Positions 39,635-48,720 of a stretch of 64,000 bases of DNA are shown here, piece by piece. The notes beneath the pieces were generated by a model, which worked only from the letters and a program-made list of their open reading frames with translations, was not told where the DNA came from and searched no databases. Source of the stretch: an uncultured Candidatus Saccharibacteria bacterium (lineage in GTDB: Bacteria; Patescibacteriota; Saccharimonadia; Saccharimonadales; JAGQNJ01). Each line of letters opens with the position of its first letter. The stretch's first letter is position 1. Made by a program: the position numbers and the translations under genes. The stretch lies in contig CAZBPY010000002.1 in assembly GCA_964493895.1 (NCBI GenBank), positions 131,351-195,350 on the forward strand. The letters run 5' to 3'.

Positions 39635-40490
39635 GTTCGCTCCTAATCCGGCCGCGCAATGTCCTTAGTTCTTTCAGAGCCTCTTTTTCCTGTTTTTCAT
39701 CGGGCGCCTTACCATGCCAGCGATAATCGTATTCCATAAAATCAACGCCCTTGCCCGGCACTGTATGAGCAATAATCACCACTGGTTGACTAACCACTGC
39801 TCGAGCCATAGCGCAGGCATCAATAATCGCCTCCATATTGTTGCCATCAATCTCGATAACGTGCCAGCCGAATGCTTCCCACTTTGCTTTCAGATCTTCC
39901 AATGGCATAACTTTTTCAGTCGGGCCATCAATCTGGATGTTATTGCGATCAACTATGGCAATTAAATTGCCGAGTTTCTCCTTGCCGGCCAACATAGCCG
40001 CCTCCCAGATGTTACCTTCGTTGAGCTCGCCGTCGCCGGTGACCACATAAATCCAACGGTGGCTATCATTATTCATTCGTTGAGCCAAAGCCATGCCAAT
40101 TCCCTGACTCAAACCGCAGCCCAACGGTCCGCTGGTAGTTTCCAGCCCGGGTAATTTTTCGCGTTCTGGATGACCTTGCAACCGCGAACCAAACTTGCGC
40201 AGGGTCATTAGTTCCTTACGGTCAAAATAACCGGCTCGGGCCATGGTGGCGTATTGGACTGGCACGCAGTGACCATTGCTTAAAATCAGTATGTCACGCT
40301 GATCCCACTGGGGTTTGCGGGGGTCATTTTTCAAGACTTCGAAATACAGAGCTGTAAAAATGTCGGCCAAACCTAGCGGCCCAGCCGAATGACCGCTGCC
40401 AGCCTCTTCTAACATACGGATGATATCCTGCCGGATATCGTTGGCAATCAATTCTAACTCTTCAATGGTATATGTTTTCGCCACCGCCAT
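39627..40490 (-). CDS. transketolase, N-terminal subunit (TPP-binding)
   Basis: GSGHSAGPLGLADIF, GDGELNEGNIWEA and VDRNNIQIDG. Confidence 0.9.
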   Translation of the reverse strand: MAVAKTYTIEELELIANDIRQDIIRMLEEAGSGHSAGPLGLADIFTALYFEVLKNDPRKPQWDQRDILILSNGHCVPVQYATMARAGYFDRKELMTLRKFGSRLQGHPEREKLPGLETTSGPLGCGLSQGIGMALAQRMNNDSHRWIYVVTGDGELNEGNIWEAAMLAGKEKLGNLIAIVDRNNIQIDGPTEKVMPLEDLKAKWEAFGWHVIEIDGNNMEAIIDACAMARAVVSQPVVIIAHTVPGKGVDFMEYDYRWHGKAPDEKQEKEALKELRTLRGRIRSEHE

Positions 40491-40501
40491 AATCCTTATG
40501 G

Positions 40502-41131
40502 TTATTGTAGCAACTTTTGCAGGCTTTGATAAGCCGCCTGCGGATCGTCAGCTCGCTGTATAAAACCACCGACATTTAGTACATCAATGCCGCCGTCGGC
40601 CAGCCGCTTGACGTTACCAGCATTTACTCCGCCATCCCAGCCAATTGTCAGTTTTGATTTAAGTTTTTTGACATCCTTAACCTTTTCCAACAAACCGATA
40701 TCGGCTTCACCGCCAAAATGCCCCAAATTGCCGCTGAAAATTAGAACATGGTCAATATCACTGATGTAGGACTGCAACTGGCTAGCTGGTGTTTTTGCTA
40801 GTAAGGCCACGCCAAACTCGATGCCGGCTTGGTGCAATTTGTCAGCAAACGCAGCGAAGTCTAAATCTGCTTCGGCATGGACAATCACTCGACGCGGGTT
40901 AAGAGCAATAATCTGTTCGATGTGTTCGGCGGGCTGCTTATACATCAGGTGTAAATCAGCCTGGCAGGTGTGCGGCCACCAAGCTTGAGATAATTCTAAA
41001 GTCGCAGAGTCAGTCAGCGTTCCATCTGCGAAATCCAAATGCAACTGTGTTGTGAATGCTGCAACACGTTCGATCTGTTGACGAAACTGGTGAGTGTTCC
41101 CGGCTAAAACAGTCGGGCAAATACTGGCCAT
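40502..41131 (-). CDS. rpe: ribulose-phosphate 3-epimerase family protein (divergent)
   Basis: LHLDFADG and the C-terminal GWDGGVNAGN...VGGFI pattern of the ribulose-phosphate-binding barrel. The N-terminus is atypical. Confidence 0.7.
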   Translation of the reverse strand: MASICPTVLAGNTHQFRQQIERVAAFTTQLHLDFADGTLTDSATLELSQAWWPHTCQADLHLMYKQPAEHIEQIIALNPRRVIVHAEADLDFAAFADKLHQAGIEFGVALLAKTPASQLQSYISDIDHVLIFSGNLGHFGGEADIGLLEKVKDVKKLKSKLTIGWDGGVNAGNVKRLADGGIDVLNVGGFIQRADDPQAAYQSLQKLLQ

Positions 41132-41154
41132 AGCCCTATTCTAACATCCAAAGC

Positions 41155-41595
41155 CTAATTTAATTGGTCGAGTTGAGCATTGCGGCGGCGATACCGTGCA
41201 GCCCCAGCAAACGGTGTGTTTAACCAGGTGTCAACCAGTTCCCGGGTTTTTTTCCAAGACAGTTGCCGAGCTGGCAAACATAGGACATTGGCATCGTCAT
41301 CATCACGGGCTTCATAGGCTGATTCCTCGTTCCAAACCAGTGTGGCCCGAATGCCTTTGAATCGATTAGCGGCAATGCACACCCCCTGCCCGCTGCCGCA
41401 CAGTAAAATGCCAACGGACTTGTCATTGGCCAAGACCTCGGTAGCTACCAGTGCACCGTACTGGGGAAAATCATCATGCTTATCATAATGATGTCCCCCT
41501 TTGTCGACGACATCATGACCTTGCTCCAACAAATAGGCATGCAGTCGTTGTTTCAGATCAAATCCGTTGTGATCAGCGCCTATAAAAATTTTCAT
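41155..41595 (-). CDS. rpiB: ribose-5-phosphate isomerase B
   Basis: MKIFIGADHNGFDLK and CGSGQGVCIAANRFKGIRA. Confidence 0.92.
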   Translation of the reverse strand: MKIFIGADHNGFDLKQRLHAYLLEQGHDVVDKGGHHYDKHDDFPQYGALVATEVLANDKSVGILLCGSGQGVCIAANRFKGIRATLVWNEESAYEARDDDDANVLCLPARQLSWKKTRELVDTWLNTPFAGAARYRRRNAQLDQLN

Positions 41596-41598
41596 CAG

Positions 41599-42612
41599 CT
41601 AATCCTTAAGTAGCTTGCCGACATCAGCCACCATCTCGACCAAACGATTAGAGTAGCCCCACTCATTGTCGTACCACACCACGACCTTAACTAAGTTGCC
41701 ATCGACAACGTTAGTCAGAAGGCCGTCAATAATACCGGAGTGCGGGTTACCAATGTAATCACTACTGACCAACGGCTCTTCGGTATAATCCAAAATTCCT
41801 TGATAAAATGGCTCTTGACAAGCCTTTTTCAGAGCCTTATTCAGTTCCTCGACGGTCACATCCTCTTTAAGAAGCAGGGTGATATCGCTGAGGCTAACCA
41901 CTGGTGTTGGCACCCGGACACTCATGCCATCAAACTTATTTTTGAGCTGAGGCACCGTCAAAGTCACAGCAATAGCCGCCCCTGTGGTACTTGGCACAAT
42001 ATTTTCAGCGGCTGCTCGTGATTCGCGTAAGTCTTTGGCCGGACCATCCTGTAGGGCCTGGCTGGCCGTATAGCTATGGACGGTGGTTAACATGGCCTTT
42101 TCCACCCCAAATGCAATATCCAAAATCGCCATAACCGCCGACAACGAGTTGGTCGTACAGCTAGCGTTACTGACTATATCGGTGGCGCCAGGCAACTTGT
42201 CGTCATTGGCCCCAAAAACAACCGTATCAACATCTTCACTTTTGGTGGGAGCCGACAGAACTACCTTCTTAGCTCCGGCTTCCAAATGTTGAGCAGCATC
42301 TTCACGCTTGGTAAATCGGCCAGTTGATTCTACCACTACATCAACATTAAACTTTTTCCAGGGTAATTTTTTAGGATCTTTCTCGGCAAAGACCGGAATG
42401 TTATGTCCATCAACCTTGATGTGATCTTCATCGAAAGTTACCTTCTTGTCGTACAACCCATAATTTGTGTCATGCTGCAACAGGTAGGCCAATGTTTTGG
42501 TATCAGTCAAATCATTAATGGCCACAATTTCGAGGTCGTGCCGATCAAAAGCAATTTTAAAAGCATTGCGCCCGATTCTTCCAAATCCGTTTATTGCCAC
42601 TTTTGTTTTCAT
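41599..42612 (-). CDS. gap: type I glyceraldehyde-3-phosphate dehydrogenase
   Basis: INGFGRIGRN, the active site SNASCTTNS, and WYDNEWGYS. Confidence 0.95.
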   Translation of the reverse strand: MKTKVAINGFGRIGRNAFKIAFDRHDLEIVAINDLTDTKTLAYLLQHDTNYGLYDKKVTFDEDHIKVDGHNIPVFAEKDPKKLPWKKFNVDVVVESTGRFTKREDAAQHLEAGAKKVVLSAPTKSEDVDTVVFGANDDKLPGATDIVSNASCTTNSLSAVMAILDIAFGVEKAMLTTVHSYTASQALQDGPAKDLRESRAAAENIVPSTTGAAIAVTLTVPQLKNKFDGMSVRVPTPVVSLSDITLLLKEDVTVEELNKALKKACQEPFYQGILDYTEEPLVSSDYIGNPHSGIIDGLLTNVVDGNLVKVVVWYDNEWGYSNRLVEMVADVGKLLKD

Positions 42613-42670
42613 ACACCCCCGCTTTACTTAAATCCCATTATAAACTGCTCATGCTTCTACTGGCAATACA

Positions 42671-42700
42671 TTGACACGAGTTGAGGTTGTATGTTATAAT
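42671..42700 (+). promoter_or_regulatory. consensus sigma-70-type promoter: TTGACA, 18 nt, TGtTATAAT; ATG follows 8 nt later (leaderless)
   Basis: Sequence TTGACAcgagttgaggttgtaTGtTATAATagtagtttATG. Confidence 0.65.
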
Positions 42701-42708
42701 AGTAGTTT

Positions 42709-43350
42709 ATGGAGCTTGTTGTTGATTCTGCACTAGAGAGGTACCCCGCCTGCAGTGAGCTTTTAACCGGCGATGGTATTGAAGGTTTGAAACGCTTTGA
42801 AACTGAGCAACTTGGCTATCTGGTGGTAAATGAAGCCTTCACTGATTTATGTGAATCCGAGCTAATTCAGGAGCCTGAAGGCGCATTTAGACCCCAGCGG
42901 CCACCAAAAAGCAACCGAGTCCAGCAATTAATATCTTTTCTAGGTGAAGTCAGCCAGGTACAACTACAAGATAGGTTCACTACGACAGCAGTTTGGCATA
43001 AGGCCGTCAAGGGAATTCTACCGCACATAGATGCCAAAGAGGGTCATACTATTCTTGGTTATTTCGAAGTTACAGGAAATCCTTCCATTTCATTCTATCC
43101 GAAGCTTACAGAAGAAAAGCAGCCGTGGCACGACGCAGGACAGCAAGACATGTATTATTTAGGTATTTCACCTGACGATCCTGAAGTTATGCTAATTCAA
43201 TCGAAGCAGCTGGTCTTAATAAACGGCCAGGCTGTGGAGGCTGCTCCCGATAACCCAGATTCACTTGTCAGGCTTCCAAGCAGCTTACCTCACGCAGTGA
43301 TTGCCGATGACCACAACCACCGCTCTAGATTTATGCTAGCCAACTTTTAA
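42709..43350 (+). CDS. hypothetical protein (orphan)
   Basis: ORF track, with its own consensus promoter. No recognisable family. Confidence 0.55.
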   Translation: MELVVDSALERYPACSELLTGDGIEGLKRFETEQLGYLVVNEAFTDLCESELIQEPEGAFRPQRPPKSNRVQQLISFLGEVSQVQLQDRFTTTAVWHKAVKGILPHIDAKEGHTILGYFEVTGNPSISFYPKLTEEKQPWHDAGQQDMYYLGISPDDPEVMLIQSKQLVLINGQAVEAAPDNPDSLVRLPSSLPHAVIADDHNHRSRFMLANF

Positions 43351-43354
43351 GAGT

Positions 43355-43879
43355 CTATTGTTGTTTGGCTCTTTCTATGGACTCACTGATGACTTTTTTG
43401 GCATCTTCTGGTCCGCCCCAGCCTTTAAGGTTGGCACTGACTCCTTGCCAATCGTTTTTGTAAGCCTTGTAGTTTTTATAAAAATGCTCGATTTGCTTTT
43501 TGAAGTCTTCACCTAGATCATCTAAGTGCTTGATGTGATTTTTACTTATGTCGTCAGCCGGTACACAAATGAGTTTTTCGTCCATTTCACCGTCATCTTC
43601 AAAGTACAGCACACCAATCGGTCGAGATGGCACAACAACTCCGTGTGGCAGTGATTCGTCAATGATAATCAGAGCATCCAACGGATCGCCATCATCACAC
43701 AAAGTATCAGGCACATAGCCGTAATCAGACGGATAACCCATTAACGTTCCATTGACTCGATCCAGGAACAAACGTCCGGTATCTTTATCCATTTCAATTT
43801 TGTTGCGACTGCCCTTTTGGATTTCAATTACTACATTTACGAGTTCTGGGGCATCTGAACCATAACTTACATCAGTCAT
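43355..43879 (-). CDS. ppa: inorganic pyrophosphatase (family I)
   Basis: VVIEIQKGSRNKIEMD and YGYVPDTLCDDGDPLDALI. Confidence 0.93.
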   Translation of the reverse strand: MTDVSYGSDAPELVNVVIEIQKGSRNKIEMDKDTGRLFLDRVNGTLMGYPSDYGYVPDTLCDDGDPLDALIIIDESLPHGVVVPSRPIGVLYFEDDGEMDEKLICVPADDISKNHIKHLDDLGEDFKKQIEHFYKNYKAYKNDWQGVSANLKGWGGPEDAKKVISESIERAKQQ

Positions 43880-43914
43880 TAGTACTCCTTTATTTCAGGA
43901 TTTATTGTAGCAAA

Positions 43915-44841
43915 TTACTTGCTTTCAAGAAATTCGCGGATGCGCAGAGCTGCCGTGGCGCCTTCGCCGACGGCGCTGGCAATTTGCATAGTGGCACCAC
44001 TGCGGACATCGCCGGAGGCAAACACTCCGGGCATGCTAGTTTTAAGACCTTCTTCAGCAATCACAAAACCAATTTCGTCCAATTTTACTTCAGAATCTTT
44101 TAAGAATTGAGTGTTGGGTTTTAGACCTACGAACACAAATACTCCATCAGTTGGAAATTCGACTTTATGGCCATCGTTGGTGCCGATAACCTTGGTGACT
44201 TTGCTGTTCTCTCCGACGATTTCGTCGGTTGCTGTAGCTAAGTGAACAGTGATTTTCTCGTTCTTTTCTAGCTCCTTGACCAGCACATCGGAGGCTTTGA
44301 TAGTGCTGCGCACCAGCATGTCAATGTGGCTAGCAAACTTAGTTAAAAACAGAGCTTCCTGAACAGCTGAGTTGCCGCCGCCGACTACCACCAGACGTTT
44401 GTCGCGGTAAAAAGCACCATCGCAGGTAGCACAATAATGGACGCCGCGGGCATAGAATTCAGCTTCGCCGGGGACACCGATCTTTTTATAATCTGTGCCG
44501 GTAGCAATTAGAACCGCTCGGGCTTTGACGGGTCCATCAGTGGTTTCAACCACCCGGTGATCGCCAGCATCTTTTATGCCTAAGACCTCGCCAAGGCGAA
44601 TATCGGCTCCAAACCGTTCGGCTTGTTGCCGCAGCTGTTCGGCTAAATCCATACCGGAAATACCTTTGGCAAAACCGGGATAATTATCCACCCAGTCGGT
44701 GACGGCTGCTAAACCACCGGGGACTGCTTTTTCGTACAAAACCGTATCGATATCTTCGCGGGTAGTATAAATCGCGGCTGACAGAGCCGATGGACCGGCG
44801 CCAACAATTAGTAAATCATGAACTTTGTCGTCTTGGCTCAT
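43915..44841 (-). CDS. trxB: thioredoxin-disulfide reductase
   Basis: LIVGAGPSALSAAIY, the redox site CATCDG, VVVGGGNSAVQEA and GDV. The track start at 44898 would overlap the upstream gene; ATG 44841 is preferred. Confidence 0.92.
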   Translation of the reverse strand: MSQDDKVHDLLIVGAGPSALSAAIYTTREDIDTVLYEKAVPGGLAAVTDWVDNYPGFAKGISGMDLAEQLRQQAERFGADIRLGEVLGIKDAGDHRVVETTDGPVKARAVLIATGTDYKKIGVPGEAEFYARGVHYCATCDGAFYRDKRLVVVGGGNSAVQEALFLTKFASHIDMLVRSTIKASDVLVKELEKNEKITVHLATATDEIVGENSKVTKVIGTNDGHKVEFPTDGVFVFVGLKPNTQFLKDSEVKLDEIGFVIAEEGLKTSMPGVFASGDVRSGATMQIASAVGEGATAALRIREFLESK

Positions 44842-44857
44842 TTGATTCAATTCTACC

Positions 44858-45106
44858 TTAACCCAGGGCGGGAGCCAATTGAGCCAAATTGAATCCAACT
44901 ACGACTTGCTGGGAGTCGTCTTGTTTGGTAACCACTGTAACCGGTACAGTCAGAGCACCGCTTACTTCTAGGGCTTCTTGTTGCTTCTCCGGTTGTTCAT
45001 CAAGATTGATAACCTCATAGTCATGCCCTTTGGCATCTAAAAACCGTTTGACCATAACGCAATAAGCGCAGGTATTGGTGGTATAAATTGTGATTTTCTT
45101 TGGCAT
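44858..45106 (-). CDS. glutaredoxin-like protein (NrdH/Grx family)
   Basis: KITIYTTNTCAYCVMVKRFLD (CxxC) and TVPV. ATG 45106 is preceded by AAGGGAG. Confidence 0.85.
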   Translation of the reverse strand: MPKKITIYTTNTCAYCVMVKRFLDAKGHDYEVINLDEQPEKQQEALEVSGALTVPVTVVTKQDDSQQVVVGFNLAQLAPALG

Positions 45107-45226
45107 GATATCTCCCTTATAGATTTTTAGAGCAAGCATTCCTCTGCGGTCTCTCGCGCAGGCAAAACTCCTCTTTTGGTTATTGTTTATGTTAAATTGA
45201 GCGACCTAAGCTAGGTTCTACATAAT

Positions 45227-45255
45227 ATTGTATATAGTGCTTATGATTTAGTCAA
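45227..45255 (-). promoter_or_regulatory. promoter candidate: TTGACT, 17 nt, TACAAT; it gives the grx-trxB pair a 5' leader of about 115 nt
   Basis: The minus strand reads TTGACTaaatcataagcactataTACAAT. Confidence 0.5.
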
Positions 45256-45312
45256 TACGCTATATGTTGTGCTTTTGTGGGTTTTTAGACTATGCATAGG
45301 GTGCCCGTAAGC

Positions 45313-45864
45313 TTACTCAAAACTAATTAATTCTATGTCGAATACCAGGTTGGCTTTAGCCGGAATTACCGGCGGTCGGCCGTCTTCCCCATAAGCAAGT
45401 TGATAAGGAATTACTAACCGGCGTTTGCCGCCAGCTTTCATGCCGGGGATGCCTTCTACCCAACCGGCAATCAAACCCTGGCCGCCGTTCTCCGGTGTCG
45501 GCAGCTGTAGTGGAGCCGTAAAGGGTTGGCCACTGTCCAGGGAGCTTTCAAAGATTATGCCGTCTGAAGCCAAAGCTCCGGTATAGTTAGCGGTAATTAT
45601 GGCTCCAGCTTGAACTTCTGGGCCGGTGCCTTCTACAAGATCAACCTTTTGCAGTTCAGTCACTTCAGTAACTGGTGTAAAGTCAGCTAACTGTGTTCCG
45701 GCCAGACCGTTCTCATTCTGGTTATTATCTAGTGGTTGAGCATCGTTCACTGCATTATTCTCCTGTCGCATTTGCCAAAATATTACTCCAGTAAATCCAA
45801 CTGTTGTCACGAAAAACAGCACAGCCAGCACCAGGGCGAAAAGTCTTTGTGATTTTTTAGCCAT
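45313..45864 (-). CDS. membrane-anchored FKBP-type peptidyl-prolyl cis-trans isomerase
   Basis: N-terminal TM helix. The FKBP core is YTGAL.DG..FESS...GQP..F.L......G..G.PGMK.GGKRRL.IP..LAYG...NLVFDIEL. Confidence 0.88.
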   Translation of the reverse strand: MAKKSQRLFALVLAVLFFVTTVGFTGVIFWQMRQENNAVNDAQPLDNNQNENGLAGTQLADFTPVTEVTELQKVDLVEGTGPEVQAGAIITANYTGALASDGIIFESSLDSGQPFTAPLQLPTPENGGQGLIAGWVEGIPGMKAGGKRRLVIPYQLAYGEDGRPPVIPAKANLVFDIELISFE

Positions 45865-45922
45865 TTTGTCTCCTTATGTCCTTGTAGTATAGCGATCTAG
45901 CAGCTGTCTATCAATCTAAAAA

Positions 45923-48400
45923 CTACACCCTAGCGGCCTTGAGCTTAGACTTAGCTGCCGCTGCCACTTCATCCAGTAATTTGTTAACCTCGGCGGTAAT
46001 CAAGGTGCGTTCATGGTGCGCTAGAGTGATTCTAAAAGTCAGATGTTTGGATTTGTTATTCTTTTGATAGATATCAAGCGGCTCCTGATGAGTTCTATAG
46101 CCATGTTCTTTGGCAGCCGCTTCCAGCACCGAGATAATAACCGATTCGACCTTGGCAAAACTAACCTTGGCTTCGACTTTGAAAGTGATGTCCTGTTGAG
46201 TCTTAGGGAACTTCGACAATGGTTGATAAACAGATGTCTGCCCGGTCATTTTAACTAGCTCCTCAATGTCTATCTCAAACCCAGCGCAGTACGGCGGTAG
46301 TTTTAGGCTGCTGCTGACACTGGCTTTGTATTCGCCGATTGCCCCTAATAATCGATCGTCTACGTAAACTTCGGCGGCTCTGTCCGGATTGTAAACCGTA
46401 GACGCCGTGTCCTTGGCCGTTTTACTCAGCGGGCGATATTCACGCTTATTAACCAGTAGACTATCCAAGAGTGTTTCCAGTAATTTTTTAGCTTGGTAAA
46501 AAGCCGCGCTCTTGCCGCCAGACTTGCCGGCGACGACCAGACTTAGTCGCTCAAACTCTTTGGGTAAGCCTTCCTGGTCTTTATGGTCTTTGTTGTGAAC
46601 TTTATTGAGTTCAAACAGAGCAAACAGATCGAAACCGGCCTTAATGTTCATATGAACCTTGTCCAGTAAACTTGGTGTCAAACTCAGGCGATAATATTGT
46701 AGTTCCGGACTCAAAGCATTGGCCAGCTCAAAAGCCTTCTTGCTGTCCTGTCCAGTTTTCTTAAGCAAGTCTCCATGCACAAATGAATATGTCAACACTT
46801 CGTTAGCCCCGGCTCTTGATAATTGATCGCGTATCCGAGATTTCAAGGCCAGCATCTGATTTGTAGCAGCCGGCTTGAGGTCACGTTGCGGCAGCTCCAG
46901 CGGTAACTGGTCGTAACCATACAATCGGCCGACTTCCTCGACAATATCCTCAGGAATTTCTAGGTCGGTTCGCCAGAAGGGGGGGCTGACAATTAAACTT
47001 TTGCTATTGGCCGTGACGCCCATTTCAACATTCTTCAAAATCTTAGCAATCTGGGCGGTAGTCAAATTCAGCCCCAGTCGTTGATTTATAAAATCGGAAC
47101 TGACATGGATCCCTTTCCAAAAACCAACCGACTTATCGGGATCAGTGTCCACCACGTCGCTGGCCAACTGAGCTCCAGTCAGCTTTTGCATCATACCGAC
47201 GGCGTAAGTTAGAACAACGTCGTTTTGCAGCGGACTCTGGCCTTTGTTGAACCTGGTCACGGCATCAGTAAATAGCCCCCACTGCATGCTAGTTTTGCGT
47301 ATAGCATACATATCAAACGTTGCGCATTCGACAACGATGTTTGTGGTTGAAAAATCGACTTCGGTGTCGCGTCCGCCGATGGCTCCAGCTATGCCAACCG
47401 GCTTATCACCAGAAGTGATCAACATGGTGCTGTCATCCTGAAATTCAGCCAGTTTGCCGTTTAACAGCTGGAGCTTGTCGCCTTTCCGTGACAGCCGGGT
47501 TTCCAGTGACGGTGCTGGCAACTTGTCAGCGTCATAAGCGTGCAGCGGCTGAGCCGTCAAAAGCATCACAAAATTGGTGATGTCGACGATGTTATTAATC
47601 GGTTTGATACCCAATCGAGACAAATAGGCCTGCATAATCACCGGGGATTTCGTTACTTTGACATCCGACAGGGCAACGGCTGTAAAGCGTGGCACCAATT
47701 TTGGCAAACCGTTTTTGACCTTCAATGGGATGGTCTTCTGGCTCTTACTAGCTTTTAACGGCAAGCTTTGCAAATACCACTCCGGTGACCTGAACTGCAG
47801 ACCCTGGATACCGGCAATTTCGCGGGCCACTCCCAAAATTCCAAAACAATCCGGCCGGTGGGTGAACATTTTATTTTCAATGTCAATAATGTAATCGTTC
47901 AGTTCATAAAGTTCAGCGAAGGACGTGCCCGGCTTGGCCGGCTTATCAATCACCAGCAGACCATTGTGGTCATCACCAATCTTGAGCTCCTGCGGACTGG
48001 CCAGCATGCCATTGCTGTCAACGCCGCGCAGTGGCCGGACTTCTAGTTTAAATTGTTCGCCGTCGTAAGTCGCCGGCACAACCGCGCCCGGCGGAATCCA
48101 GGCCACGGTTAGACCCTTTCGGACATTCGGCGCTCCGCAAACCACTTGAACCCAACCTTTGTCGTCTCGCTTAACATTTTTGACCACGCCGCCGTCATCG
48201 ATCTTACAGACCTGCAGCTTGTCAGCATTGGGATGAGGGTCGCACGACACAACTTTGGCAACAACGATGCCCTCATACTGCTTGCCGTAGTCAATGACTT
48301 CCTCTACTTCGCCAAGTTGAGCTCCAATTTTGGCCACTAATTCATCAACCGGCAGCTTGATACTGGTAAACTCCCTCAACCAATTCAGACTAATTTTCAT
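45923..48400 (-). CDS. pheT: phenylalanine--tRNA ligase subunit beta
   Basis: N-terminal tRNA-binding OB domain (VVSCDPHPNADKLQVCKID), then B3/4, B5 and FDX-ACB domains in the usual order. Confidence 0.95.
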   Translation of the reverse strand: MKISLNWLREFTSIKLPVDELVAKIGAQLGEVEEVIDYGKQYEGIVVAKVVSCDPHPNADKLQVCKIDDGGVVKNVKRDDKGWVQVVCGAPNVRKGLTVAWIPPGAVVPATYDGEQFKLEVRPLRGVDSNGMLASPQELKIGDDHNGLLVIDKPAKPGTSFAELYELNDYIIDIENKMFTHRPDCFGILGVAREIAGIQGLQFRSPEWYLQSLPLKASKSQKTIPLKVKNGLPKLVPRFTAVALSDVKVTKSPVIMQAYLSRLGIKPINNIVDITNFVMLLTAQPLHAYDADKLPAPSLETRLSRKGDKLQLLNGKLAEFQDDSTMLITSGDKPVGIAGAIGGRDTEVDFSTTNIVVECATFDMYAIRKTSMQWGLFTDAVTRFNKGQSPLQNDVVLTYAVGMMQKLTGAQLASDVVDTDPDKSVGFWKGIHVSSDFINQRLGLNLTTAQIAKILKNVEMGVTANSKSLIVSPPFWRTDLEIPEDIVEEVGRLYGYDQLPLELPQRDLKPAATNQMLALKSRIRDQLSRAGANEVLTYSFVHGDLLKKTGQDSKKAFELANALSPELQYYRLSLTPSLLDKVHMNIKAGFDLFALFELNKVHNKDHKDQEGLPKEFERLSLVVAGKSGGKSAAFYQAKKLLETLLDSLLVNKREYRPLSKTAKDTASTVYNPDRAAEVYVDDRLLGAIGEYKASVSSSLKLPPYCAGFEIDIEELVKMTGQTSVYQPLSKFPKTQQDITFKVEAKVSFAKVESVIISVLEAAAKEHGYRTHQEPLDIYQKNNKSKHLTFRITLAHHERTLITAEVNKLLDEVAAAAKSKLKAARV

Positions 48401-48720
48401 TTTACGGCCCTTTTTCTAGCAACAATTGCGAACGGCATGAAGTAATCATCCAGTCCGTCATCTTCACCTGATTCAAATTGCTCTACAAATACTTCGCGGA
48501 CTAGAAGGACCTCTTTCAGTTTTGGCGAATGTTGAGCCGATAGGACTTCGGCCGTAGCATCAAACAGGTCCAATGCTCTCGCTGAAGCCGCTTGGGCCCT
48601 TTTTGAATCTCCGCTTTTTAATGCGCTGAATGATCTACCAACTTCCGAGTAGATGTTACCCATCTGTTCGAAAATGCTCATCTTTGCCCATTTGGTTCGA
48701 TCAACTTGAAAACTACTCAT
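48397..48720 (-). CDS. hypothetical small helical protein (107 aa) between pheS and pheT
   Basis: ATG 48720 overlaps the upstream TAG (ATGAGTAG), and its TGA overlaps the pheT ATG (ATGA). The track start at 48777 is over-extended. Confidence 0.65.
   Translation of the reverse strand: MSSFQVDRTKWAKMSIFEQMGNIYSEVGRSFSALKSGDSKRAQAASARALDLFDATAEVLSAQHSPKLKEVLLVREVFVEQFESGEDDGLDDYFMPFAIVARKRAVK

Noticed and set aside
38654-40490. Transketolase is encoded as two ORFs. I asked whether this reflects a frameshifted pseudogene.
   Set aside because: The split falls exactly between the TPP-binding domain and the pyrimidine-binding domain. It has an 8-nt start/stop overlap and an intact start codon. This natural two-subunit arrangement is well known in many bacteria and archaea.
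44842-45139. The ORF track gives extended starts for trxB (44898) and the glutaredoxin-like gene (45139).
   Set aside because: The trxB extension would overlap the upstream gene by 41 nt and adds a Trp-rich non-homologous peptide before the GxGxxA FAD fold. The grx extension ignores the strong AAGGGAG SD placed 7 nt before ATG 45106.
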